Positions 1 to 8,346 of a stretch of 64,000 bases of DNA are shown in pieces (within the stretch, counting starts at the first letter, position 1; every line of letters starts with the position of its first letter). The notes beneath the pieces were generated by a model. The model was not told the DNA's origin, ran no database searches, and was given only the letters and a program-made list of their open reading frames with translations. Position numbers and translations under genes: made by a program. Origin of the DNA: Deltaproteobacteria bacterium (GTDB lineage Bacteria > Desulfobacterota > Binatia > UBA1149 > JAJCZL01). The stretch is from contig JAJCZL010000037.1 in the NCBI GenBank assembly GCA_029262415.1, positions 14,504-78,503 on the forward strand, given 5' to 3'.

Positions 1-559
1 CTACGTCATCCAGGAAGGTGGGCTCTTCCCGCACCTAACCTCGCTAGAGAACCTCCGACTCGCGCCTCGCTCATTCGGCGAGTCCGTCGATCAAATAAAC
101 CGCCGGGTACACGAACTAACCGAGCTGGTCGGGCTCTCCCACCCCCTCCTGGAGCGTTACCCAGCGCAACTTTCCGGCGGTCAACGCCAGCGCGTAGCAC
201 TGATGCGCGCGTTGATGCTCGACCCCGAGATGTTGCTGCTCGATGAGCCGCTCGGCGCCCTGGACCCGATGATCCGTGCCGAACTCCAGGACGAGCTGCG
301 GGTGCTCTTCAAGACACTGAGGACGACGGTCGTGCTCGTTACCCACGACCTCGCCGAAGCAGCCTACCTCGGAAATCGCATCGTCCTGCTCGACCAGGGA
401 CGGGTTGTACAGGACGGCGGCGTCAGCGACCTTTTCGAACGCCCGGCGACGGACTTCGTGCGCTCCTTCGTTGCCGCACAACGCGGGTTCGACTGTTCGC
501 GTCAGCGCTCGGGCGAGAATCAGCATACCGACGGGGCGGAGACTGGAAACCAACGGTGA
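1..559 (+). CDS. ABC transporter ATP-binding subunit, osmoprotectant (OpuA/ProV-like); 5' end lies outside the window
   Basis: Frame from base 2 reads YVIQEGGLFPHLT...LSGGQRQRVALMRALMLDPEMLLLDEPLGALD...VTHD (Q-loop, signature, Walker B, H-loop); stop overlaps the next gene. Confidence 0.9.
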   Translation, partial: YVIQEGGLFPHLTSLENLRLAPRSFGESVDQINRRVHELTELVGLSHPLLERYPAQLSGGQRQRVALMRALMLDPEMLLLDEPLGALDPMIRAELQDELRVLFKTLRTTVVLVTHDLAEAAYLGNRIVLLDQGRVVQDGGVSDLFERPATDFVRSFVAAQRGFDCSRQRSGENQHTDGAETGNQR

Positions 560-2106
560 GCAAACCCCTCCAGCTGGCGCTCGCCACGGTAGTTACCGCA
601 CTACTGCTCACATCCACCACCGCGAACAGCACTGCGGATACGGAAGGCCTTGACGCCGAAGGCTCGGGTTCGGATACCGTCATCACCGTCGGGTCCAAAA
701 AATTTACGGAAGCCGTGTTGCTCGGTGATATCGCGACGCTCACCATCCGCGCGCGTGGGCTGGCGGCCGTGCACCGCCGCCAGCTCGGCGGCACTCGAGT
801 ACTGTGGAACGCTCTGCGCGCAGGCGAGATCGACGCATACCCGGAATACACGGGCACGATCAGGAAAGAGATCCTGGCGGGAACACACATCGCCCCCGAC
901 CTACGCTCACTCGCCGATGCCCTCGCCGCGTTCCAGGTTTCGGTCTCGAGGCCTCTCGGATTTGCCAACAACTACGCACTCGGGATGCGTGAAGATACCG
1001 CCGCGCGTGCAGGGATCCGCAATATTTCCGATCTGCGTGGGCGAACCACGCTCCGTATGGGCTTCAACAACGAATTTATGGACAGAGCCGACGGCTGGCC
1101 CGGCCTGATGCGCACGTACCGACTCAGCAACCACAGCGCACGCGGGCTCGACCACGACCTTGCATACAAGGCGATGGTGTCCGGCGGCATCGATGTCATG
1201 GACCTCTACACCACTGATGCTGAAATCGCGCAGTACGGGTTACGCATTCTACGAGACGACCGCGGCTACTTTTCGAACTATGACGCGGTGATACTCTACC
1301 GAAGCGACTTGGCCGGTCGTTGGCCGGTTGCCGTCGCAGCGCTGCAGTCGCTCGCCGACACGATCTCCGAACCCCGCATGATCGAGATGAACGCGGCTGC
1401 GAAGATCAAAGGCGTACCCGAGCTCGAAGTGGCACGACGTTTTGTCACCGATGCGTTTGGCATCGATGTCTCTGTACAAACACGGGGACGGCTCTCACGG
1501 GTGCTGCTGCGCACGCGAGAGCACTTATGGCTGGTCGGGGTCTCGATGACTGCTGCCGTCTTAGTTGCACTACCGCTCGGTATCGTCGCCGCACGCAACG
1601 CCCGGGTCGGACATGCAATGCTCGCAGTAGCCGGCGTCGTGCAAACGATCCCCGCACTCGCCGTGCTGGTGTTCATGATACCGGCCCTAGGGATCGGCGG
1701 GCCGCCGGCAATCGTCGCGCTGTTTCTTTACAGTCTGCTTCCGATCCTACGCAATACCCACGCGGGGTTGCGAGGGATTCCGGCCTCATTGATCGAATCG
1801 GCCGACGTACTGGGGCTCACGCCCAATGAACGTTTGCGCTGGATCGAGTTGCCTCTCGCTTCACCTTCCATCCTGGCGGGTATCAAAACCTCGGCGGTTA
1901 TCAACATCGGAACCGCAACACTAGGTGCACTCATCGGTGCAGGGGGCTTTGGCCAGCCCATACTCACCGGTATACGTCTCGACAACATGGCTTTGATCTT
2001 GGAAGGGGCGATCCCCGCGGCCGCGTTGGCCTTGGTCGTTCAGGTAGCGTTCGAAGCCGTTGAACGCGTGCTGGTTCCGGCCGGACTGCGTATAACTGCG
2101 GATTGA
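556..2106 (+). CDS. Glycine betaine/choline ABC transporter, fused substrate-binding protein + permease
   Basis: Signal peptide; OpuAC-type motifs VGSKKFTE, IDAYPEYTGT, GFANNYAL; C-terminal TM domain with EAA loop LIESADVLG and GAGGFG. Confidence 0.9.
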   Translation: MSKPLQLALATVVTALLLTSTTANSTADTEGLDAEGSGSDTVITVGSKKFTEAVLLGDIATLTIRARGLAAVHRRQLGGTRVLWNALRAGEIDAYPEYTGTIRKEILAGTHIAPDLRSLADALAAFQVSVSRPLGFANNYALGMREDTAARAGIRNISDLRGRTTLRMGFNNEFMDRADGWPGLMRTYRLSNHSARGLDHDLAYKAMVSGGIDVMDLYTTDAEIAQYGLRILRDDRGYFSNYDAVILYRSDLAGRWPVAVAALQSLADTISEPRMIEMNAAAKIKGVPELEVARRFVTDAFGIDVSVQTRGRLSRVLLRTREHLWLVGVSMTAAVLVALPLGIVAARNARVGHAMLAVAGVVQTIPALAVLVFMIPALGIGGPPAIVALFLYSLLPILRNTHAGLRGIPASLIESADVLGLTPNERLRWIELPLASPSILAGIKTSAVINIGTATLGALIGAGGFGQPILTGIRLDNMALILEGAIPAAALALVVQVAFEAVERVLVPAGLRITAD

Positions 2107-2164
2107 CCCAGCTCGTGGCTAGGACTGCTTCAGCCGGTACAGCCCACGGTATATACAGCCTCGC

Positions 2165-2845
2165 ATGTGCGGACGCTTCACCTTGACCGCGGCCGAGTCG
2201 GCCGTCGGTGAACACTTCGGAATCGCATCGTCGTTTGAGTCTGCGCCGCACGAAACGGCGCCACGTTACAACATCGCGCCGACCCAACAGGCGCTCGCGA
2301 TTCGAGCGAACAAAGACGGGACACGGACTTCGGCCGGATTAAGATGGGGACTGATACCTTCGTGGGCGAAGGACGCAACGATAGGCGCTCGACTGATAAA
2401 TGCACGTGCTGAAACGGTCTCAGAGAAGCCCTCGTTCCGCACGGCTTTCAAAAAAAGGCGATGCCTTATCCCGGCCGACGGATACTACGAATGGCAAAGG
2501 ACAGATGACGGCAAACAACCTTTCCGCATCGGGATGGAAGATTGGCGCGTTTTCGGCCTTGCCGGGCTTTGGGAGCAGTGGACCAACGCTGACGGACTCA
2601 CGGAGGAGACCTTCACACTGATCACCACGACCACGAATCCGCTAACCGAGCCTATCCACGACCGGATGCCGGTCATCCTTACGCCCGCAGACTACCAACG
2701 CTGGCTCGACCCATCATTCGACGACAAGAACACGCTGCAGCGTCTTCTGCGGCCGTACGGCGAAGCGCACATGCAGGCCGTCGCTGTTTCGACTTGGGTA
2801 AATAACGCCCGCCACGATGACGAGCGATGCATACAGCCGGTCTAG
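2165..2845 (+). CDS. SOS response-associated peptidase (SRAP/YedK/HMCES family)
   Basis: N-terminal MCGRF (catalytic Cys2), RYNIAPTQ, WGLIPSW, INARAET, RRCLIPADGYYEW, IHDRMPVIL. Confidence 0.95.
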   Translation: MCGRFTLTAAESAVGEHFGIASSFESAPHETAPRYNIAPTQQALAIRANKDGTRTSAGLRWGLIPSWAKDATIGARLINARAETVSEKPSFRTAFKKRRCLIPADGYYEWQRTDDGKQPFRIGMEDWRVFGLAGLWEQWTNADGLTEETFTLITTTTNPLTEPIHDRMPVILTPADYQRWLDPSFDDKNTLQRLLRPYGEAHMQAVAVSTWVNNARHDDERCIQPV

Positions 2846-2939
2846 GCCGACTCAAGACTCACCCGCCCGGGCGAGTCGGTCAGTGATGTGGCGAAATCGA
2901 GCGAGAGACCGTCGAGCAAGGCTGCGCGGCGGGTCATCG

Positions 2940-2968
2940 ACTTCACATTCCGCGCGGAATGCTGAAGT
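2940..2968. repeat. Palindromic repeat copy 1 (core CATTCCGCGCGGAATG at 2946-2961)
   Basis: ACTTCA-CATTCCGCGCGGAATG-C-TGAAGT: perfect 16-bp palindrome with extended arms; identical core at 4410 and 18675. Confidence 0.85.
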
Positions 2969-2992
2969 GCCGAGATGCGCGGATCGGCGTTA

Positions 2993-3008
2993 TATTCCGC
3001 GCGGCATG
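2993..3008. repeat. Degenerate palindromic repeat copy 2
   Basis: TATTCCGCGCGGCATG, 14/16 match to the core. Confidence 0.65.
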
Positions 3009-3182
3009 TTCAAGCGTTGATATGCTTGATCGGAATATCAACTGAAGCGCGATGACGATTTTTCTTGACAGGTTTTTCGGCCTCATAGTTTCGCGGCTAC
3101 GCGACGTTCTCTGACCAACGCAAACTTTTCGTCCCAACGACGTCGAACGCTTGGCAGCGTGGCGCCGGTTTGCTCTGTCAGC

Positions 3183-3198
3183 GATTCCGCGCGGCGTC
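3183..3198. repeat. Degenerate palindromic repeat copy 3
   Basis: GATTCCGCGCGGCGTC, keeps the 11-nt ATTCCGCGCGG. Confidence 0.4.
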
Positions 3199-3247
3199 GC
3201 GACCCGTGCGCCGACGTGCATGAAAAAACCCGTGTTAGTCTCGGCTT

Positions 3248-4379
3248 ATGAAAACCAACACTTCTATGGAATTCAACACTTCGCTTGCAGACCTCCCGGA
3301 GCAACAGCTTCTCCAGCGCTTCGCCGACCTGGTCGGTCAAGACCGACACAATACCGCGCAGCTACTCGCGCACATCGGCGAGATCGACGAGCACAGGCTG
3401 TGGGCCAAGCACGCGTGCCCGTCGATGTTCGCGTTCTGTATGGAGCGTTTTCATATGTCGGAGTCGATGACGGCCAAGCGCATCTGGGCCGCGCGCACTG
3501 CGCGGCGCTTCCCGGTGATTTTGCCGATGGTAGCCCGAGGCGAATTGCACCTAAGCGCTATCAACCAGCTGGGCAAGCATCTGACCGAAGACAACCATCG
3601 ATCGTTGCTCGGGCGTGCCAAGCACAAGAGCTCACGAGAGATTGATGTTTTGCTGGCCGAGCTGGCTCCGCGACCTGATGTGCCTTCGCGCGTGCGCGCG
3701 CTGCCGAGACTGGCCAGAGGCGTCGCGGCTGCGGAGACGCTGCCGGCAAACGCGCAAGAGGATCGCGGGCCCGACGAGCAACGCGGTCCCGACGGGCAGT
3801 GCGTGCCGAACGGCGTGCTGAACTGCTTGCCGGCCGCGGCCAAGCCCTTCCCCGTTCACAAACAAGTCGTTGCGCTCGCCCCCCGGCGTTTCAAGATCGA
3901 GATCACCGTGGACCAGCGCACTCACGATCAGCTCCGTTCGCTGCAGGATTTGCTAGGCCACCGATCACCGAGCGCAGACCCTGCGATGATTGTCAGCCGC
4001 GCGATCGAGTTGCTCCTCGACGATACGCTGAAGAAGAAGGCGGCGGTCGCCAAGGCTTCCGGCACCGGAGCGGTTGTCACCAGGGCGGCGCGAGCTGGCG
4101 TCGAGCCGAGCACCAAGCTAACACGCGCGATTCCCGCTGCGATTCGGCGCGAAGTACGGAAACGCGACGTCGGTCGTTGCACGTTCGTCGATCAACAGGG
4201 ACGGCGCTGCCGGGCAACGAGGTGCATCGAATACCATCACGTGATCCCGTACGGCAAAGGCGGCCGCCACGAGGCAGAGAATATCGCTACGTTGCCGGGC
4301 CCACAACCAGTATCAGGCAGAGCTGGATTACGGACGAACTTTCATGCTGAGCAAGCGTCACGGCGCGGGTCTACATTAG
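3248..4379 (+). pseudogene. DUF222-like/HNH endonuclease family protein, frameshifted inside the HNH motif near 4286
   Basis: N-terminal LLAHIGEIDEHRLW...PSMFAFC; RAIPAAIRREVRKRDVGRCTFVDQQGRRC...IEYHHVIPYGKGGRHEAENI; the motif continues as LRCRAHNQYQAELDYGRTFM...* in another frame (4287-4379), not in the called ORF that runs to 4531. Confidence 0.8.
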
Positions 4380-4402
4380 TTCATGCTGGGCAAGCGTCAC
4401 GG
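4341..4402 (+). repeat. 23-bp direct repeat with 39-bp period
   Basis: TTCATGCTGAGCAAGCGTCACGG (4341-4363) vs TTCATGCTGGGCAAGCGTCACGG (4380-4402), one mismatch. Confidence 0.85.
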
Positions 4403-4407
4403 TTACC

Positions 4408-4427
4408 CACATTCCGCGCGGAATGTG
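4408..4427. repeat. Palindromic repeat copy 4 (perfect 20 bp)
   Basis: CACATTCCGCGCGGAATGTG is its own reverse complement; just 3' of the HNH gene. Confidence 0.9.
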
Positions 4428-4444
4428 CAGCCGGGCCTGTCATT

Positions 4445-4780
4445 GACGGTGTCTCTCATCTTGCGAACGCCTTTAGAGCCACTCGCATCATGCCGGAGCC
4501 GGCGCCAAGGCCATCATCCGCCGCAGGTTAAACGCACTGCATACCAATGCCCATTCGCCGCTGACCTTGGAGACCCCCCGGAGCATGAACGGTTGGCGCC
4601 GCCGTCTCCATCCTCACCGTGCTCGTCGTCCACGGCGGGGTTGACCTCGTCGATCTTCTCCAAGATCTCTGCGATCTCTCCGTTGACCGAGTAGCACTGC
4701 TCGAACGCCGCCAGCTCGAGATCCTCGACCACGTCGTCAAGGAGGAAGACCGGATCGCGCAGGTTGTCACGAATCCATTT
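4445..4780 (-). mobile_element. Internally deleted IS1182-family relic (N-terminal, middle and C-terminal transposase fragments plus one terminal IR-like end)
   Basis: Minus strand reads WIRDNLRDPVFLLDDVVEDLELAAFEQCYSV / EIAEILEKIDEVNPAVDDEHGEDGDG, then in another frame FMLRGVSKVSGEWALVCSAFNLRRM...* (stop 4488-4490); GACGGTGTCTCTCATC at 4445-4460 resembles an IS end. Confidence 0.75.
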
Positions 4781-5055
4781 CCCGGCAGTGCCCCACGCGG
4801 TGCGATGCCGAGTTTTTTGAGGACGGCAATCCCCGCGGCCTTGCGGTACAGAGCATGAGGTCCCTGGTTGAAGACAAAACCGTCCTCGACGAGCGAACGG
4901 GCCCGGCCCCCGGGGTGCTCGGCTCGTTCGATCACGACCACGCGCTTGCCGGCGCTTGCCACCAACGCAGCGGCTGCGAGTCCGGCTAGACCGCCGCCAA
5001 CGACGGCAAGATCCACGCTATTCTCACTATTCTTGGGTCGCTGTTGTTGGCTCAT
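4775..5055 (-). pseudogene. Truncated FAD-dependent oxidoreductase (phytoene dehydrogenase-like N-terminus)
   Basis: DLAVVGGGLAGLAAA...VVIERAEHPGGRARS...FNQGPHALY; homology ends after about 95 aa at the IS relic. Confidence 0.75.
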
Positions 5056-5095
5056 GGTTGCAAACTCCCGGTGTCTTAGCGCACCCTGCAAAGTT

Positions 5096-5121
5096 CACGA
5101 GCCGGCCCGCGAAAAGGTTAC
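5096..5121 (-). promoter_or_regulatory. Possible ECF sigma promoter for the oxidoreductase
   Basis: Minus strand GTAAC-N17-CGTG about 40 bp upstream of ATG 5055; fits the generic ECF AAC/CGT pattern. Confidence 0.25.
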
Positions 5122-5768
5122 GAGCCCGACGGCAGAGGCTTAATTTCACCTACGCGCAACGCGGCCTCCACCACCGCGGCGGTCTCGTCGTTCGCGAGCT
5201 TCTCGGTGATCTTCCACCCAGCGTCGGTTTTCTCATAGTGACCGACTAAGCGCTTGGACGGCACGCCGAGCGCGTAGATGACCAGCGCGTACCGAGGGCC
5301 GTAGGTGATTTCAGAGATGATGTAGAGCTTATCGATCTGGGCAAAAAAGGCCTGATTTTCCTGCTCCGCGGTACCGTCGGAAATGAGATTTGCGATTTCG
5401 AATCGGTCCTCGTCTGTGTGGTTACTGAGAATCCACTGCTTGTCGTAGTTCTTCATCGCATAGAACTCGGAAATCACTGTGTCGGTCGGCGTGTCCCAAC
5501 TGGCTGTGTCGCGATCGACCTCCTCTGCCACGATCGGTGGATCGTGGTACTTGCCACTCAGCACAACCTCAACGAACTCGTTGTCTGCCTTGCCCTCCGA
5601 GAGCTGCCCCGTAGACCACAGCTCGCCCTTGACCGCGCGAAACACGATCGACTGGGTAGCTGCTTCTTTAGGCTGTTCGGGCTGCTCAGGTGCAGCTTTG
5701 CACGAGACCGAGAACGCCAGCGCGGCGATGAGAACCAACCGACCTATCCGATGCTCGAGGCTCTTCAT
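5118..5768 (-). CDS. Hypothetical lipoprotein
   Basis: 216-aa ORF with hydrophobic leader ending FSVSC, acidic globular body; start overlaps the stop of the upstream gene. Confidence 0.7.
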   Translation of the reverse strand: MKSLEHRIGRLVLIAALAFSVSCKAAPEQPEQPKEAATQSIVFRAVKGELWSTGQLSEGKADNEFVEVVLSGKYHDPPIVAEEVDRDTASWDTPTDTVISEFYAMKNYDKQWILSNHTDEDRFEIANLISDGTAEQENQAFFAQIDKLYIISEITYGPRYALVIYALGVPSKRLVGHYEKTDAGWKITEKLANDETAAVVEAALRVGEIKPLPSGS

Positions 5769-6097
5769 TTTTCTTCTGCTCCGCTTGGACTCTCGCCTGT
5801 TGAATGATTTAGGAACCGCCCCTCCATATCGACCATGACACCGCCGCCTTCGACTGGTGAGGGCACCTCGCGCAACCCGTCATGGGTGTCGCGCGGATTC
5901 GGGCTCGGCCGCTTACCCGGAGGCGCTGGAACAAACTCTCCAGTGTCCGGATCGATGTAAGCACGCAATCCCGGATCGTCTGCGGTGGTGCTCAGCGCCT
6001 TCGGCTCGGCAACCACTTGGGGCGCGGACGCCTCACATCCGGCGGCAAACAAGAAACTACACAGCACTACGCAAAAAGATCGCACGACATTATCCAT
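5765..6097 (-). CDS. Small secreted/lipoprotein, paralog of the small genes at 20069 and 21808
   Basis: Lipobox-like FAAGC; GLRAYIDPDTGEF...GLREVPSPVEGGGVMVDMEGRF, similar to GLVEVASPVPGGGIIVDLGGGF at 21808. Confidence 0.7.
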   Translation of the reverse strand: MDNVVRSFCVVLCSFLFAAGCEASAPQVVAEPKALSTTADDPGLRAYIDPDTGEFVPAPPGKRPSPNPRDTHDGLREVPSPVEGGGVMVDMEGRFLNHSTGESPSGAEEK

Positions 6098-6345
6098 GGC
6101 CATTCCTGTATGCGGCGGCGCGCGAAACGCGCGCCGCAACGACCACGAATGTTACGCCGGCACGCGGATGTTCGCCAACTCCGGATAGACCCCAGGCCCT
6201 CCCGTCGCCACCGGGCCGCTGACGGGCAGTGGCACAACCCTTGCTTTGACTGAATTGAAGTGCGGCCGCGTGGCGGACGTGAGCCGACGCTTCCACCCGA
6301 ACTCTCATGCAACAACACCCGCATTACGCAGAGAAAAGCACACGT

Positions 6346-7113
6346 ATGCTCAAGGTGGACTTTCACGTTCACAGCTCCTTGGACCCCGTCGACAACTTGC
6401 CACTCGGCATCGTCGAAACAATCGAGCTGGCAGCCTCACAGGGTTACGACGCGATCGCGTTCACCCACCACGACGCCTACTACCGAGAAGGTGCTGCAGC
6501 ACGTGCCGCTTGTGAGCGCACTGGGCTGATCGTACTGCCGGGCGTCGAGTGCACCCTCGACGGTGGTGGTCATGTGTTGGTGATCAACTGCGGCAGCGAA
6601 GTCGAAGGGATCTCAACGCTGGCAGAACTCGAAGCCATACGTCGCCCCGAGCACCTGATCATCGCAGCCCACCCCTTTTATCCGGGCAAGGGCCTCGGCG
6701 AGGAACTGTTGACCGAGTGGGTCGAACTCTTCGATGCACTGGAGTGGTCGAGCTTCTGGAACGAGACCGTTTCGCGCCCCAACTTACGCGCGCGCGCGTT
6801 CGCCGAACGCTACGACATACCCGTGATCGGTACCGGCGATGTGCACCTTGCCGACCAATTCAATCGCACCTACACGATGGTCGAGGCGCGCAAGGAGCCT
6901 CTCGCGATCATTGATGCGATCCGTAACGGACGTTTCGAGGTCGATAGCCGGCCGCTCAGCCTCGGCGAGATGGTCTCGGTGTTGACAAGGCTCGCGGCAC
7001 GCAACCACCTAATGAATAGCAAATTCTGGCGACGGCTGCCCGAGACCCTCGCCGACATTTACATCGGCCGAGGGCGTCAGACGATGCCGTTGGCAAGCAG
7101 CGATGCGCCCTAA
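6346..7113 (+). CDS. PHP-domain metal-dependent phosphoesterase
   Basis: KVDFHVHS, AIAFTHHD, LPGVEC, GHVLV, AAHPF, GTGDVH. Confidence 0.9.
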   Translation: MLKVDFHVHSSLDPVDNLPLGIVETIELAASQGYDAIAFTHHDAYYREGAAARAACERTGLIVLPGVECTLDGGGHVLVINCGSEVEGISTLAELEAIRRPEHLIIAAHPFYPGKGLGEELLTEWVELFDALEWSSFWNETVSRPNLRARAFAERYDIPVIGTGDVHLADQFNRTYTMVEARKEPLAIIDAIRNGRFEVDSRPLSLGEMVSVLTRLAARNHLMNSKFWRRLPETLADIYIGRGRQTMPLASSDAP

Positions 7114-7130
7114 CCGAGGAACAATCAAAC

Positions 7131-8315
7131 ATGAGCACGAAGACAAGTACCGCCAACCGCGCATCGAAAAAGCCGGCCAAGGCCGCCGACAGGACGAAGA
7201 ATTCGAGCGCGAAGGTAAAGAGCGGAAAACCGACGTCGGCAAAGACCTCACCCAAGCGAACCGCGGGTTCGGCCAAGACTAAGTCGTCGGTACCAGCGAA
7301 GGCTGCGGCAAAGAAGGCTTCCAAGTCCACGGCAAAGCCGCGGGCTAGACGGACGCGGGAAAAGACAGAGGCCAAGCCGAGCGTCAGTGTCGTCATCGTC
7401 ACCCGTGACGCCACAACCCAACTACGCGAGTGCTTACAAACCCTGGCGTGCGACGGTTACGCAAAGACGCTTTCCGAGAAACACAGTACTCGCGAAGTCT
7501 TTGTCGTCGAGGCCGGCAGCGGAGAACACACCACGCCGATGATGGCTGCGGAGTTCCCGGCCGTCGTGCTGATTCATCGGCCGGATAACGCGGGGACTGC
7601 GCGCAGCACAAACCTTGCAACCGACGCTGCGGTCGGCAGATACATACTCTTGTTAGATCCCGAGACGCGGGTGTCTAAAGGCACGGTCGCGAAGTTGGTC
7701 GAATACATGGAGAATCACCTACACGTCGGAGCTGTCTCCCCTGAGGTCGTCGACGAGAATGGCCAATGCTGCGCGGGCCCTGAAACGTTCCCGTCGTTGC
7801 GCGAAGAATTCGCCCGCGAGTGGCGACCGCTAGCGCAACGTGTCGGCATCGAGCCCAACCAAGTCGCGGTTCCCAAACAGGCCTCGTCGGTCGACTGGGT
7901 GGCACGGCACTGCATGCTCGTGCGCAGAAACGCTCTCAAACAGGTCGGACCATTCGACGACGGCTACTCGATGTACTTCGCAGAGGCCGACTGGTGCCGC
8001 CGCGCACGCCGCGTCGGTTGGGGGATCCACTACCACCCGGGATTGTCGGTGAGGAACCAGAGATCCTCATCTTTCGTGCGAGAAAGCCTTCGCGGGTGGC
8101 CGAAGTACCAGTTCGAGGCCAGTCGGCGCCACTACTTCCGCAAGCATCACGGGGCATCAGTCGCGGTGCTCGTCGACGCACTACACGGGCTACGCACGGC
8201 CGCGACGGCTACAAAAGCGGCACTGGAACGTGCCCGCACCCGAGGCGGTGACCTCGGCAATAAATGGAAACGACAGATCGAAAAGTCGCGCCGTAACCTA
8301 TCCGGCCAAGTCTGA
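7131..8315 (+). CDS. Glycosyltransferase family 2 (WbbL-like) with an approx. 80-aa Lys/Ala/Ser-rich N-terminal extension
   Basis: VSVVIVT...LRECL, GRYILLLDPE, VGPFDDGYSMYFAEADWCRRAR..GW, SRRHYFRKHHG. Confidence 0.85.
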   Translation: MSTKTSTANRASKKPAKAADRTKNSSAKVKSGKPTSAKTSPKRTAGSAKTKSSVPAKAAAKKASKSTAKPRARRTREKTEAKPSVSVVIVTRDATTQLRECLQTLACDGYAKTLSEKHSTREVFVVEAGSGEHTTPMMAAEFPAVVLIHRPDNAGTARSTNLATDAAVGRYILLLDPETRVSKGTVAKLVEYMENHLHVGAVSPEVVDENGQCCAGPETFPSLREEFAREWRPLAQRVGIEPNQVAVPKQASSVDWVARHCMLVRRNALKQVGPFDDGYSMYFAEADWCRRARRVGWGIHYHPGLSVRNQRSSSFVRESLRGWPKYQFEASRRHYFRKHHGASVAVLVDALHGLRTAATATKAALERARTRGGDLGNKWKRQIEKSRRNLSGQV

Positions 8316-8346
8316 CCCGGCCGAGACTATCGGTAACTCCACGCAG

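Noticed and set aside
3065-3091. Sigma70 promoter TTGACA...TAGTTT upstream of the HNH gene
   Set aside because: The spacer is 15 bp, shorter than the usual 16-18; not supportable.
4341-4427. Repeat-spacer-repeat next to a nuclease as a mini CRISPR array
   Set aside because: Only two units, a 16-bp spacer and no cas genes; reported as a direct repeat instead.
4380-4531. C-terminal extension of the 427-aa HNH ORF
   Set aside because: Out-of-frame read-through after the frameshift, running across the palindrome and the IS relic.
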